Below, one piece after another: positions 27,878-36,984 of a stretch of DNA of 64,000 nucleotides (position 1 is its first letter; each line of letters starts with the position of its first letter). Origin of the DNA: an uncultured virus (IMG/VR IMGVR_UViG_3300022198_000015) (lineage: Duplodnaviria > Heunggongvirae > Uroviricota > Caudoviricetes); IMG/VR virus record IMGVR_UViG_3300022198_000015. One strand, 5' to 3'. The notes below the pieces were generated by a model. It made no database searches. It was given only the letters and a program-made list of their open reading frames with translations, and was not told where the DNA came from. A program made the position numbers and the translations under genes.

Positions 27878-28234
27878 ATGGCTCAAATTACTCTGTCTGG
27901 TACCGTCTGCGGTTCGCGTAACGGTTCGGCAGTTTCCACCCGCAAAACCGATGGTGGTCTGACTTTTGCTAATTTCTCAGTTGCCGATCTGGAATACGTT
28001 CCTACTCGTCAAGGTGAAGAGAAGCGAGGTCAATTTTACCAAGTTGAAGTCGTTGGTAAAGCTGCTGAGATTGCAGCTGATCGTCTGAATCAAGGTTCTT
28101 TCATCTCTGTGTCTGGTCAACTGGTGCAACGTGAGTACAAGGATAAACTGTACTACGAGGTGAAGAATGCACGGCTGACCTATCCGCCGAAAGGCAAGGG
28201 AGCCGCAGGCGATGATGAAGAAGTTCCCTTCTGA
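27878..28234 (+). CDS. ssb: Single-stranded DNA-binding protein
   Basis: OB-fold pattern, acidic tail DDEEVPF. Confidence 0.88.
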   Translation: MAQITLSGTVCGSRNGSAVSTRKTDGGLTFANFSVADLEYVPTRQGEEKRGQFYQVEVVGKAAEIAADRLNQGSFISVSGQLVQREYKDKLYYEVKNARLTYPPKGKGAAGDDEEVPF

Positions 28235-28288
28235 TTTTATAAAATGTAAGTAAACCAAAGCCTCTTTATGGGGCTTTTTTATTCCCCT

Positions 28289-28720
28289 ATGGATCTACAA
28301 CAGTCTGAGCTTGCGCCTGGTACCATCGGCCCCCTGCTCGATGAGCTACCCCTGCTTACTCATGCCCACGTCCGTCCCTATGTAGTGGCTATAGCCCTCC
28401 ATAGAGGCGCTGTACGCCGCCCTGAGCTGCTTGCTGCCCTAGTACCCCATTGCCCCATAGCAGACCTCAAGGAAGGCGCCTGGAGCGCCCTAGCTGGTGA
28501 TTACCTGGACTCTACTAGAGTAGAGCTTATCGTAGATGAAGTCCTAGGAGAATTTGTAGCTAATAAATTACTGCGTTATAATGAAGAAAAAGATATGTGG
28601 GTTGCTAATGAGAACCAAGGCCTAGGTTTTTGGATCACAAAGGTAGCCGAACTTAATGCTCAAGCTCCTTTGCACCTTCTTAAAGCCGCTGGAGTTCATT
28701 CCTTTATCTCACCTTTCTGA
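28289..28720 (+). CDS. Hypothetical protein
   Basis: ORF in replication operon. Confidence 0.65.
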   Translation: MDLQQSELAPGTIGPLLDELPLLTHAHVRPYVVAIALHRGAVRRPELLAALVPHCPIADLKEGAWSALAGDYLDSTRVELIVDEVLGEFVANKLLRYNEEKDMWVANENQGLGFWITKVAELNAQAPLHLLKAAGVHSFISPF

Positions 28721-28913
28721 TTATGCCTTCATCTAATCCCCAAGAAGCAGCACAAGAACTTTACCATACCATTGGAGTAGTTCTAGGCAATCTGGCTATA
28801 CTAGCTTTCCAGGGGTGGGTTCTCCTAGTAGTCATCGGATGGCTTGGTCTTCCTATTACTATTAGCCTGTTTCAATCAATCGTTATCTGCGCCCTCATCT
28901 CCAGCCTCGTAAA

Positions 28914-29315
28914 ATGAGCAACACCCAAATTGAAATCGCAAACGCTTGCGACGCTATCAAAAAGCTCCTGCTTGACAAAAACAAAAAATATGGGGATTCC
29001 GCTCTTTCTCCTACCAGAATTTTTAGTAAGGCATCTGCAGTAGATCAAATCCTGGTACGAATTGACGACAAATTAAGCCGTATCAGTAAAGGAGCAGGCC
29101 TGCTGGCTTCTGATGAGGATGTGATTAATGATCTTATCGGCTACTTGATTCTGTTGAAGATTGCAACCAATCGCAACTCAGCGCCCATCCTAGACCCTTA
29201 CAGCGAGGGTTCTTCTACCTTAGATCAATTAGTGTACGGCTTTAATGTTGTATGCCCTGTACAAGAACCTGATACTATTGACTTTATCGGTCAAGCTGAG
29301 TGGGATTCAAAGTGA
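28914..29315 (+). CDS. Nucleotide-modification-associated domain protein (DUF1599-like)
   Basis: KNKKYGDS...RIDDKLSRI...DLIGYLIL. Confidence 0.78.
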   Translation: MSNTQIEIANACDAIKKLLLDKNKKYGDSALSPTRIFSKASAVDQILVRIDDKLSRISKGAGLLASDEDVINDLIGYLILLKIATNRNSAPILDPYSEGSSTLDQLVYGFNVVCPVQEPDTIDFIGQAEWDSK

Positions 29316-29779
29316 CTAAACAAATTGCTATTTTTGGCTCCTCTAAAGTTAACTCTAGAGATACCCTATACACCAGAACTGTAAAGGCAGCAGCGTCTCT
29401 GGTAGAACAAGATTACACTCTAGCCACCCCAGGAGGTGAAATAGGTATCAGTAGAGCCATTATTGAAGGAGCAGACTCTGTGAAACCAGGGTCTGAGATT
29501 GTTGTCCCTTTGAGCATCCCAGGCCAAAATCATGGTTATATTGCCTTACCAGGAGGGTGTGGCACGCTGCAGAAAATTCTTACCGTTATTCACCTAAAAC
29601 AAACTTATAAGTTACATCGACCTATTATTGTAGTCGGACCAATATGGAGAGATGTATTATCTAGTGTATCTAGGACTTTAGCACGAAACTCTCTTATTAC
29701 TATGCGAGACATGGAACTCTGGGCATATGCTCAAACACCTGAAGCCGCTGCTGTTAAAATGATAGAAATGATTAGTTAA
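29300..29779 (+). CDS. LOG/SLOG-family Rossmann-fold protein (degenerate)
   Basis: IAIFGSS...TPGG..G...IALPGGCGTLQK...PIIVVG..W. Confidence 0.75.
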   Translation: MGFKVTKQIAIFGSSKVNSRDTLYTRTVKAAASLVEQDYTLATPGGEIGISRAIIEGADSVKPGSEIVVPLSIPGQNHGYIALPGGCGTLQKILTVIHLKQTYKLHRPIIVVGPIWRDVLSSVSRTLARNSLITMRDMELWAYAQTPEAAAVKMIEMIS

Positions 29780-29782
29780 ATC

Positions 29783-30145
29783 TTGAGCTACTGTTTAGAG
29801 ATACACATGCCTTTATTTTCTAAAGCAAGACCTCGTATGGGCCCCAGAGGAGCATTTATGCCCCCTGCTTATAAAGAAAAACAAAGAAAAATGCGTATCC
29901 TAATCAGAGAACAATGGGACCACCCTCCCCTAGAAGGACCTATGCGCTTAGAAATCGAGTGCTGGGGCGAAGGTAGGGTAGATGCTGATAATATGATCGG
30001 AGCCTTGATGGATGCTGCTAATGGCATTCTTTGGACCGATGATAGGGTTAGCATCATCCCAGAAATCAGTGTCGTTTGGCACAAAGCAAAAAAAGATCAG
30101 TCCAAATGGCTGATTAAAATTACGGAGCTTACTAATGACATTTGA
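29783..30145 (+). CDS. rusA: RusA-like Holliday junction resolvase
   Basis: SKARPR...DADNMIGALMDAANGILWTDD. Confidence 0.85.
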   Translation: MSYCLEIHMPLFSKARPRMGPRGAFMPPAYKEKQRKMRILIREQWDHPPLEGPMRLEIECWGEGRVDADNMIGALMDAANGILWTDDRVSIIPEISVVWHKAKKDQSKWLIKITELTNDI

Positions 30146-30335
30146 ATCTGAACTTTTTGACCTCTCACTTAATCAGCAGTTTGAGGTCGCTAAGTACACT
30201 CAAATTATTGACAAATGCGAGGATCTTAATCAGGTAAAACAAATAGCCAAATTACTTCTAGAGGCCTACCAACGGCAACGCTCCGCCACTAAATGGGTAA
30301 TTAATGAACATCTAAAATCAGGTCTAGGCAGTTGA
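30135..30335 (+). CDS. nblA: NblA-like phycobilisome degradation protein
   Basis: 66 aa helix-loop-helix, LSLNQQF motif. Confidence 0.7.
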   Translation: MTFESELFDLSLNQQFEVAKYTQIIDKCEDLNQVKQIAKLLLEAYQRQRSATKWVINEHLKSGLGS

Positions 30336-30363
30336 TATATTGAGTCATACCAAGAGCACAACA

Positions 30364-31218
30364 ATGCGCAAATCATACAGTATCGCCTGGAGCCAACCAG
30401 ACAATGCCTATAGGAAAGATCCAGGCATTGCGCAATCCCATCTCAAGTCGATACTGATTAGCCCTGCGCATTATAAAGCAGCGCAACAGCGTCGCTTTGC
30501 TGTGACTCCTAATATGACTCTGGGCAGTGCTCTACATTGCGCTGTTTTAGAAGGTCAGGATGTATTTGAGGCAAATTATGTCATGCGTCCTGATGGCCTT
30601 AACCTGAACACCAAAGCGGGTAAAGAATGGGCAGCCGAACAAAAAAGCAAGGGCCTGACTGTGCTCAACGGTGAGCAAGTTCTACAGTTAAATGGCATGG
30701 TAAAAGCCTTGCAACAACTGGAGTGGTTTGCCCCAGAGCGTCAAGCAGAGCTAAAGCGTTTCTCTGAAATTTCCATTTACTGGGAATGGTGCGAGATGGA
30801 TTGTAAGGCTCGACTTGATCGAGTTATTGAGTTGCCGGATAAGGTACTTGTGTTGGATCTGAAGACTACTGATTCAGTTAATCCTCGTAAGTTTCTGGAT
30901 AAAGTAATTTATCTGAATTACCTGTTTCAAGCAGCTTATTACTCCAAAGCAGCCTCCATAGCTTTTGGAAAACCTGCAGAGTTTATCTTTGTAGGGGTTG
31001 AACGAGATGCCCCTAATTGCATTGACTATTTCACTCCAACACCTGATATGGCTGCCGAAGGGGAACGGCAGTGTGAGTTTGCCTTGAGGACCTTGAAACA
31101 GTGTATACTGACGGATGAATGGCCGGGACCTCCCCCGACCATGAACCAGATGAATCTGCCGGAGTGGTACCGTTCACCAGTACCTGCAGCAGAACAGCCT
31201 GAACCACCTCTTTTCTGA
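30364..31218 (+). CDS. RecE/exonuclease VIII-like PD-(D/E)xK nuclease
   Basis: SPAHY...GSALH...CKARLD...LDLKTT...YLFQAAYY. Confidence 0.88.
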   Translation: MRKSYSIAWSQPDNAYRKDPGIAQSHLKSILISPAHYKAAQQRRFAVTPNMTLGSALHCAVLEGQDVFEANYVMRPDGLNLNTKAGKEWAAEQKSKGLTVLNGEQVLQLNGMVKALQQLEWFAPERQAELKRFSEISIYWEWCEMDCKARLDRVIELPDKVLVLDLKTTDSVNPRKFLDKVIYLNYLFQAAYYSKAASIAFGKPAEFIFVGVERDAPNCIDYFTPTPDMAAEGERQCEFALRTLKQCILTDEWPGPPPTMNQMNLPEWYRSPVPAAEQPEPPLF

Positions 31219-31221
31219 TTT

Positions 31222-31866
31222 ATGATCCAAGAACAGCACTCCGCTAAACTGGTCTGTATCACACCTGATGCAGAAAATATGATTGTCTACATGGCGCGAG
31301 TCAGTAATCCATCTAATCAAAAGAATAAAGAGACAGCCCCCAGGCTGCTTCAATATCTGATCAAACACAAGCATTGGTCGCCATTTGAAATGGCGCATAT
31401 GGTGCTGGAGATCAATACCACTAGGGCTATTGCTGCCCAGATCCTGCGGCATCGTTCTTTTAGCTTCCAAGAGTTCAGCCAGCGTTACAGCATTGTATCT
31501 GAGCTTGAGCCGATCCGCATGCCACATCTGCGGCGCCAGGACCCTAAAAACAAGCAAGCTAGCCATGACGATCTGCCTGAAGAACAGGTTACTTATCTGG
31601 AGGATCGAATTGATTGGTTGTACAGCCAAGCAGAGATGGTCTATAAAGACTGCATCGCTCTCGGTGTAGCTAAAGAGTGTGCTCGTAGTGTATTGCCCCT
31701 GGGTACCCCGACCCGTTTGTATATGGCCGGCTCCATCCGTAGCTGGATCCATTACATTCAAATTCGCGCTGGTGTCGAGACTCAATTGGAGCATCGTCTG
31801 ATTGCAGAATCAGCTAAAGAGATCTTCTCAGAACAGCTACCTAGCATAGCTGAAGCTTGTTTCTGA
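31222..31866 (+). CDS. thyX: FAD-dependent thymidylate synthase
   Basis: HWSPFE...QILRHRSFSFQEFSQRY. Confidence 0.96.
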   Translation: MIQEQHSAKLVCITPDAENMIVYMARVSNPSNQKNKETAPRLLQYLIKHKHWSPFEMAHMVLEINTTRAIAAQILRHRSFSFQEFSQRYSIVSELEPIRMPHLRRQDPKNKQASHDDLPEEQVTYLEDRIDWLYSQAEMVYKDCIALGVAKECARSVLPLGTPTRLYMAGSIRSWIHYIQIRAGVETQLEHRLIAESAKEIFSEQLPSIAEACF

Positions 31867-31918
31867 TCACGTCCTGACCTCTCTGGAAACCTAGAGAGGT
31901 TTTTTACTACCTACTATC

Positions 31919-32095
31919 ATGTCATTTGAGATTCCAAAGGAAGTAGAAGACCAAAAGAAAAAATTAGTCAAAGAGTTTAAAGATGACGTTGTAGATGTAG
32001 TGTGTAATAACTGTGGAGCAAAAACTGTAATGAATAAAATGTATGCCAAGGTCATTGGCTATACTATAGAAAAATGCGGCAAATGCCGTAGTTAA
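31919..32095 (+). CDS. Small Zn-ribbon protein
   Basis: CNNC...CGKC, 58 aa, late motif at 31884. Confidence 0.6.
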   Translation: MSFEIPKEVEDQKKKLVKEFKDDVVDVVCNNCGAKTVMNKMYAKVIGYTIEKCGKCRS

Positions 32096-32127
32096 TCTGG
32101 TACACTAGACCACTGAAATAAGGAACA

Positions 32128-32748
32128 TTGGCAAGATCTGAAAAGCGCATCTACGATTTCAAACAAGGTTATCGTATGAAAGATAAATGGTCACGGCATG
32201 AAAGCAGTGACCAGTATGCTGCTTTTCAGCAATATTTGCGCATGCCCAAACCAAGGAATGCCACCAAATTAGCTGAACTGCTGGATATGGTACCTTCGAC
32301 GGTGTTTCGGTGGTCTAAACTTTATAATTGGGAAGAACGTGCGGCTGCTTGGGACAAAACGCAGATTCAACTAGCCCATAAAGACTCCACAAGTATTCAA
32401 CGAAAACGGCATCGAGAGGCCATTCAAGAGTATCGAGACGCAGCCGAACGTCAAGCAAAAGACATGATGTCGGTGTCTCAAGATCTTACAGCTATTTTAG
32501 CACAGCGCATTAAACGTGCTGAAGATATGGGAGAGGAAATTCCCATGAACTTAGTAGCCGGCTTGCTGCGAGCTACTGCTAATATCTCTGAACAAGGTCG
32601 TCAAGCATGGGCAAGCGCTATTGGAGTTGACCAGCTGATGGAAGTGGTTGAAATTGAACTGCAAAATGCAGAAAGACAAAAAGAACAAGATGCTCTAGAC
32701 CCACATATAGATGAAGATGGTGTCTTTGAATTTGAGCTTGACGAATAA
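32128..32748 (+). CDS. Terminase small subunit
   Basis: ESSDQYAAF...HTH...W.ERAAAWD; immediately upstream of TerL. Confidence 0.75.
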   Translation: MARSEKRIYDFKQGYRMKDKWSRHESSDQYAAFQQYLRMPKPRNATKLAELLDMVPSTVFRWSKLYNWEERAAAWDKTQIQLAHKDSTSIQRKRHREAIQEYRDAAERQAKDMMSVSQDLTAILAQRIKRAEDMGEEIPMNLVAGLLRATANISEQGRQAWASAIGVDQLMEVVEIELQNAERQKEQDALDPHIDEDGVFEFELDE

Positions 32749-34271
32749 TGGCATATAAAAAGTCTAGTGAAGTCCTGGTTAGGGCTGGTGGAGAACTTGA
32801 ATTAGCCCGGCAACTAAAAAAGGTTAAAGCCAGTGGGGAAGGTAAAACCCTGCGGTTGCATGAAGTAATCAAAAAAGTCTACCCTAATTATAAATTTTTT
32901 AGGTTACATGCTACCTTAATCAAAGAACTACAGAAAGTTATTGATGGTAAAAATAATCGCCTAATTATTCAGCTTCCACCTCGGCACGGCAAGAGTTTAT
33001 TAAGTTCTAAATTATTCCCTGCAGCATACCTATTAGCTCATCCAGAGCGCAACATTGGTATCACCTCATACTCTGCGGAACTGGCTCAAAGTTTTAACCG
33101 AGAAGCCCGAGAGATGTTTCGATCAGCTGGGGGTCAGCTGGATCCTTATGCTCAGGCTGTTACGCTATGGAAAACAGAGCAAGGTGGTAGTTGCTGGGCA
33201 ACAGGTACAGGTGGTACAGTTACTGGCCGTTCAGGTCATTTACTTATTCTGGATGACACCACCAAAGACCGTACAGAAGCTGAAAGCCCTCTAATCAATC
33301 AGCGACTATGGGATTGGTACACCTCTGCGCTGTACACCCGTCTAGAGCCTGAAATTGGAGCAATTGTGATGCTGCAAACTAGGTGGGCAGAAAACGACCT
33401 AATTGGGCGCTCTCTGGAGCAGGAGATGAATGTTTCTGAAGAAGCCCGTGAGAACTGGACGATCATCGATCTGCCTGCCATCTATGAAGATCCTGGGGAC
33501 CGACCACCACTACCACAGCATTGCTATGTGGTACCTGACTGGCGCGAAGAGATAGGCCAAGCCCTATGCCCTCAGCGGTACGATGAAAAGGCCCTGGTGC
33601 GCATCAGAGAAGCCGTAGGTAGTCGGGACTTTGCATCGCTGTACCAGCAGCGCCCAGCACCTGAAGGTGGTAACTTATTTGATCCCTCCTGGTGGCAGTA
33701 TTACGGAGTGGATGATGATCTACCTGATTTTGAACGCCTAATTGTAAGTGTTGACTGTACTTTCACTGAATCCAAACATAGCGACTATGTTGTGGGGGCA
33801 GTTGTGGGCCAGGCCGGCAACAGCTTCTATGTATTGGAAATTGTCCGAGAAAAACTAGATATCGTAGGGACTATGACTATGATTTCTCGTTTATACAAAC
33901 GATATAAACCTAGCGGGTGCTTAATTGAATTAGCTGCTAGTGGTTTTGCCGTATTCCAGATGATGCGTAAAAAGATACCTGGCATCATAGGTTACAATCC
34001 TCACGGTAAAAGCAAAGTCGCAAGGGCTTCTGGCATTATCCCTACAGTGGAGGCAGGGAATGTATATCTACCACAATCGGCTCTTTGGTTAGAATCATTT
34101 ATTAATGAATTCAGTTTATTCCCTGCCAGTAAAAATGATGACATGGTAGACGCTCTATCGATGGCTATTAATTACTGTAGCCAGAAACGAGCGCCTCAAT
34201 TAACTACAGTTGAATGGGGCCGTCAAGCTCGGCCTATATTAAGCAAAAAAGCTCAGTATTTGGTAGAATGA
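32748..34271 (+). CDS. Terminase large subunit
   Basis: LPPRHGKS Walker A, LLILDD Walker B, QTRWAENDL, YQQRP, NDDMVDA nuclease motif. Confidence 0.96.
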   Translation: MAYKKSSEVLVRAGGELELARQLKKVKASGEGKTLRLHEVIKKVYPNYKFFRLHATLIKELQKVIDGKNNRLIIQLPPRHGKSLLSSKLFPAAYLLAHPERNIGITSYSAELAQSFNREAREMFRSAGGQLDPYAQAVTLWKTEQGGSCWATGTGGTVTGRSGHLLILDDTTKDRTEAESPLINQRLWDWYTSALYTRLEPEIGAIVMLQTRWAENDLIGRSLEQEMNVSEEARENWTIIDLPAIYEDPGDRPPLPQHCYVVPDWREEIGQALCPQRYDEKALVRIREAVGSRDFASLYQQRPAPEGGNLFDPSWWQYYGVDDDLPDFERLIVSVDCTFTESKHSDYVVGAVVGQAGNSFYVLEIVREKLDIVGTMTMISRLYKRYKPSGCLIELAASGFAVFQMMRKKIPGIIGYNPHGKSKVARASGIIPTVEAGNVYLPQSALWLESFINEFSLFPASKNDDMVDALSMAINYCSQKRAPQLTTVEWGRQARPILSKKAQYLVE

Positions 34272-34298
34272 TTACTATGGGATCTTTATTACTGTTTA

Positions 34299-34982
34299 AT
34301 GGCAAGATCAGCAGCCAAATTTAAACTTAATGCTGAGCAACAACAACTCGTAGTTGATAATTTAAACCTAGCACGGCGGGAAGCTTGGCGTTACCAGCGA
34401 CGTACAGAAATAGATTACAGAACCCTAGAGTCTGTGGCCTTTGAAGGCTTGTGTCAAGCAGCGTACAAATACGATCCAGAGCTAATTAATGAACATACGG
34501 GACAATCTATGAAATTCAGCTCTATTGCAGTACCTTACACCAGAGGTGCTATATTACATTACATCAGAGATAGGACATATCTATTGCGCCTTAGCCATAA
34601 AATGCGCGAGAATTGGTTAAAAGGTCGCAAGTTAATTTACAAAGGACATTCTGACTATGCTATTGCAGAAGCTTTAGGTATAGACCTTAGTGAATGGTTA
34701 GAAACTAGAGTAACTTGCAGCGGTCCCCCTTTAGAGCTAAAAGAGCAAGGGGCTCCAACTATTGATATTGAAATTCCAGACATCGATATGACGCAGCAAT
34801 ATATCAAACAAGCGGAAGGTGTTTTAAAAGAATTAACAGAAACACAGCAAGAAAAACTGCAAGGCTTCTTACTATCTGAGACTAATAAATACCCAGTAGA
34901 TGCCGTAAAAACTTTGGATAGAATATTAAAAATTACCGACTGTCCTGAGCCAGACTTTAGCACATGGGAACTAGAGGATTGA
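34299..34982 (+). CDS. Sigma70-family factor (SigF/FliA-like)
   Basis: VVDNLNLA...AFEGLCQAAYKYDP...KFSSIAVPYTRGAILHYIRD; HTH IAEALGI. Confidence 0.85.
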   Translation: MARSAAKFKLNAEQQQLVVDNLNLARREAWRYQRRTEIDYRTLESVAFEGLCQAAYKYDPELINEHTGQSMKFSSIAVPYTRGAILHYIRDRTYLLRLSHKMRENWLKGRKLIYKGHSDYAIAEALGIDLSEWLETRVTCSGPPLELKEQGAPTIDIEIPDIDMTQQYIKQAEGVLKELTETQQEKLQGFLLSETNKYPVDAVKTLDRILKITDCPEPDFSTWELED

Positions 34983-35009
34983 TAGAATGATAGGGTTACT
35001 GACCTTTCA

Positions 35010-36284
35010 ATGAATTTCACCGCGATAAGCCATCTCAAAAGTCAGTGCCAAGAGCTGTACGAACTTACCAATAGCTATACAGCCGTAGCCGAGGCGCTGC
35101 GTGAGGAGCACCCACACCTCCCTAAAACAGAATGGCTGCGTAAATTAGTAAAGATAGAAATTGAACACATTAATAATGACACCGGGTATATTGACGAAGA
35201 AGAGTTAGTTAGCAGCAATGTTACCCTAGCCCGCAAACACCAGCAACAGGCAGATACAAATCGAATTGAGCGCAAAGCATGGCGTAATCATGCTAGGGCG
35301 TGTACTGCAATTGAAACCCTTCAGCTTGAAATATTAGCAACGCTTGAGGAGTACAAAACAGAATTAACTCTTGATTATTCTAGCTGGGAACAGTGGGACA
35401 CAGAAGCCCCAGTTGCTGTCCTGCATCTTAGCGATCTGCATTTCAATGAGTTAATTGATCTGCCGTCTAATAAATATGACTTTAAAGTAGCCGCTAAGCG
35501 TCTGCAATTGCTTGCCCAAAAAACTAAATTGTACGCCAGGGCACACAATTGTGAGCGCATTGTAGTGGTCTTTGGGGGCGACCTAATCAATAGCGATCGT
35601 CGCATTGATGAAGTCCTTAGTATGGCTACTAACCGCGCTAGGGCAGTAGTTTTAGCCGTTCACCTCCTGCGGCAACTTATCCAAGACCTCCAGGCCGATT
35701 TTGATGTAGATACCTTTGGTATTACTGGTAATGAAGGCCGTGCTAAACAGGAGTTGTCCTGGGGGGACCCTGCAGTAACGGATAGTTACGATGCTAGTAT
35801 CTATTGGATGCTGTCCTCCTTGGTGCATAATCCTGAAGAAGGGATTCGCTGCCATGCCCTACAGGGCAATGAGGCTTTATTCCAGATACACTCCGAGGTA
35901 TTCCTGGTGCTCCACGGGCATCAAATTGCTGCCCACGACCAGAAGACCATCCAGGCTGTAATCGGTAAGCACAGCGCCATAGCTGGCCAGCAGGTAACAC
36001 ATATTCTCTGCGGTCACATCCACAGCACCCTCATTGGTGATTTTGTTAGCCGTAATGCTTCACTTGCAGGCTCTAATGCCTATAGTAGTGAAGGTCTTAA
36101 CTTTGCCTCTAAAGCTGCTCAAAATTTACATATTGTAACCACCCAGGGCCTGGACGGCATCAAGCTGGACCTGCAGGACACCACCAACGTGCCTGGCTAT
36201 GCTATTATTGACGAGTTGCAGGCCCACGATGCCCGCAGCACTACCAAACCCCAGACCCCTGCCACTGTTGTCAAACTGGTATGA
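35010..36284 (+). CDS. Calcineurin-like metallophosphoesterase
   Basis: SDLH, GGD, GNEGR, HGH, GHIH motifs. Confidence 0.85.
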   Translation: MNFTAISHLKSQCQELYELTNSYTAVAEALREEHPHLPKTEWLRKLVKIEIEHINNDTGYIDEEELVSSNVTLARKHQQQADTNRIERKAWRNHARACTAIETLQLEILATLEEYKTELTLDYSSWEQWDTEAPVAVLHLSDLHFNELIDLPSNKYDFKVAAKRLQLLAQKTKLYARAHNCERIVVVFGGDLINSDRRIDEVLSMATNRARAVVLAVHLLRQLIQDLQADFDVDTFGITGNEGRAKQELSWGDPAVTDSYDASIYWMLSSLVHNPEEGIRCHALQGNEALFQIHSEVFLVLHGHQIAAHDQKTIQAVIGKHSAIAGQQVTHILCGHIHSTLIGDFVSRNASLAGSNAYSSEGLNFASKAAQNLHIVTTQGLDGIKLDLQDTTNVPGYAIIDELQAHDARSTTKPQTPATVVKLV

Positions 36285-36511
36285 GCTACCCTGCTAGCGT
36301 CTGCGTTTACACCATCCCAAATTGTGTATTCTGTTCTAGGGTTAAACAATTATTTAACCGCCTTAGGATTACGTACACTGAGGTTTTCTGTGTAGACGCT
36401 CAAGATCTGCCAGGAGACTTGCACACTTTCCCTCAAGTTTACTTTGGACCCAAGTATATTGGGGGGTGTAAGGAAGTGTACGATCTTTACAGAGAAGGTA
36501 AACTTGGCTAA
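36281..36511 (+). CDS. Glutaredoxin
   Basis: CVFC, TFPQV, YIGG. Confidence 0.88.
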   Translation: MSYPASVCVYTIPNCVFCSRVKQLFNRLRITYTEVFCVDAQDLPGDLHTFPQVYFGPKYIGGCKEVYDLYREGKLG

Positions 36512-36737
36512 TTAGAAATATGACCACCTCTATAATAGCTGCCTATTTCGTCTGCTTTTGTCTTGGGTGGATCATTGTAGATGTTGAATCTTTCTTTAGA
36601 GCCATTGGTTACCTGGATGACATTATTACATTTTGTCTCAGGTATTTAAAATTATTACCAGCTCTAGTTAGAATGTACCTAGTCAAAGCTTACACAGCTT
36701 ACCGACTCAAGCGCAATCCCTTTAAACCATTCGACTG

Positions 36738-36884
36738 ATGTTCTCTTCCAAAACCAACAAAAAGAATCTGCATCGGGACGGTCACATCTTCGGTCGTCGT
36801 CGTAAGCAACAATCTCAAGGCAATAGCAACCGCAAAAAAGGTTCTTTTAAAAGCAGCAAACCCTATCGTGGTCAGGGCCGCTGA
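36738..36884 (+). CDS. Small basic protein
   Basis: 48 aa K/R-rich ending KPYRGQGR. Confidence 0.6.
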   Translation: MFSSKTNKKNLHRDGHIFGRRRKQQSQGNSNRKKGSFKSSKPYRGQGR

Positions 36885-36984
36885 AGGCATATGGGTACTA
36901 CTATTTTAATCCTGTTAATCCTGGCTATGATAGTACTCCCAAAAGACAATTAATCGGCACACTATTTTTACCCGAAAAATTTTT

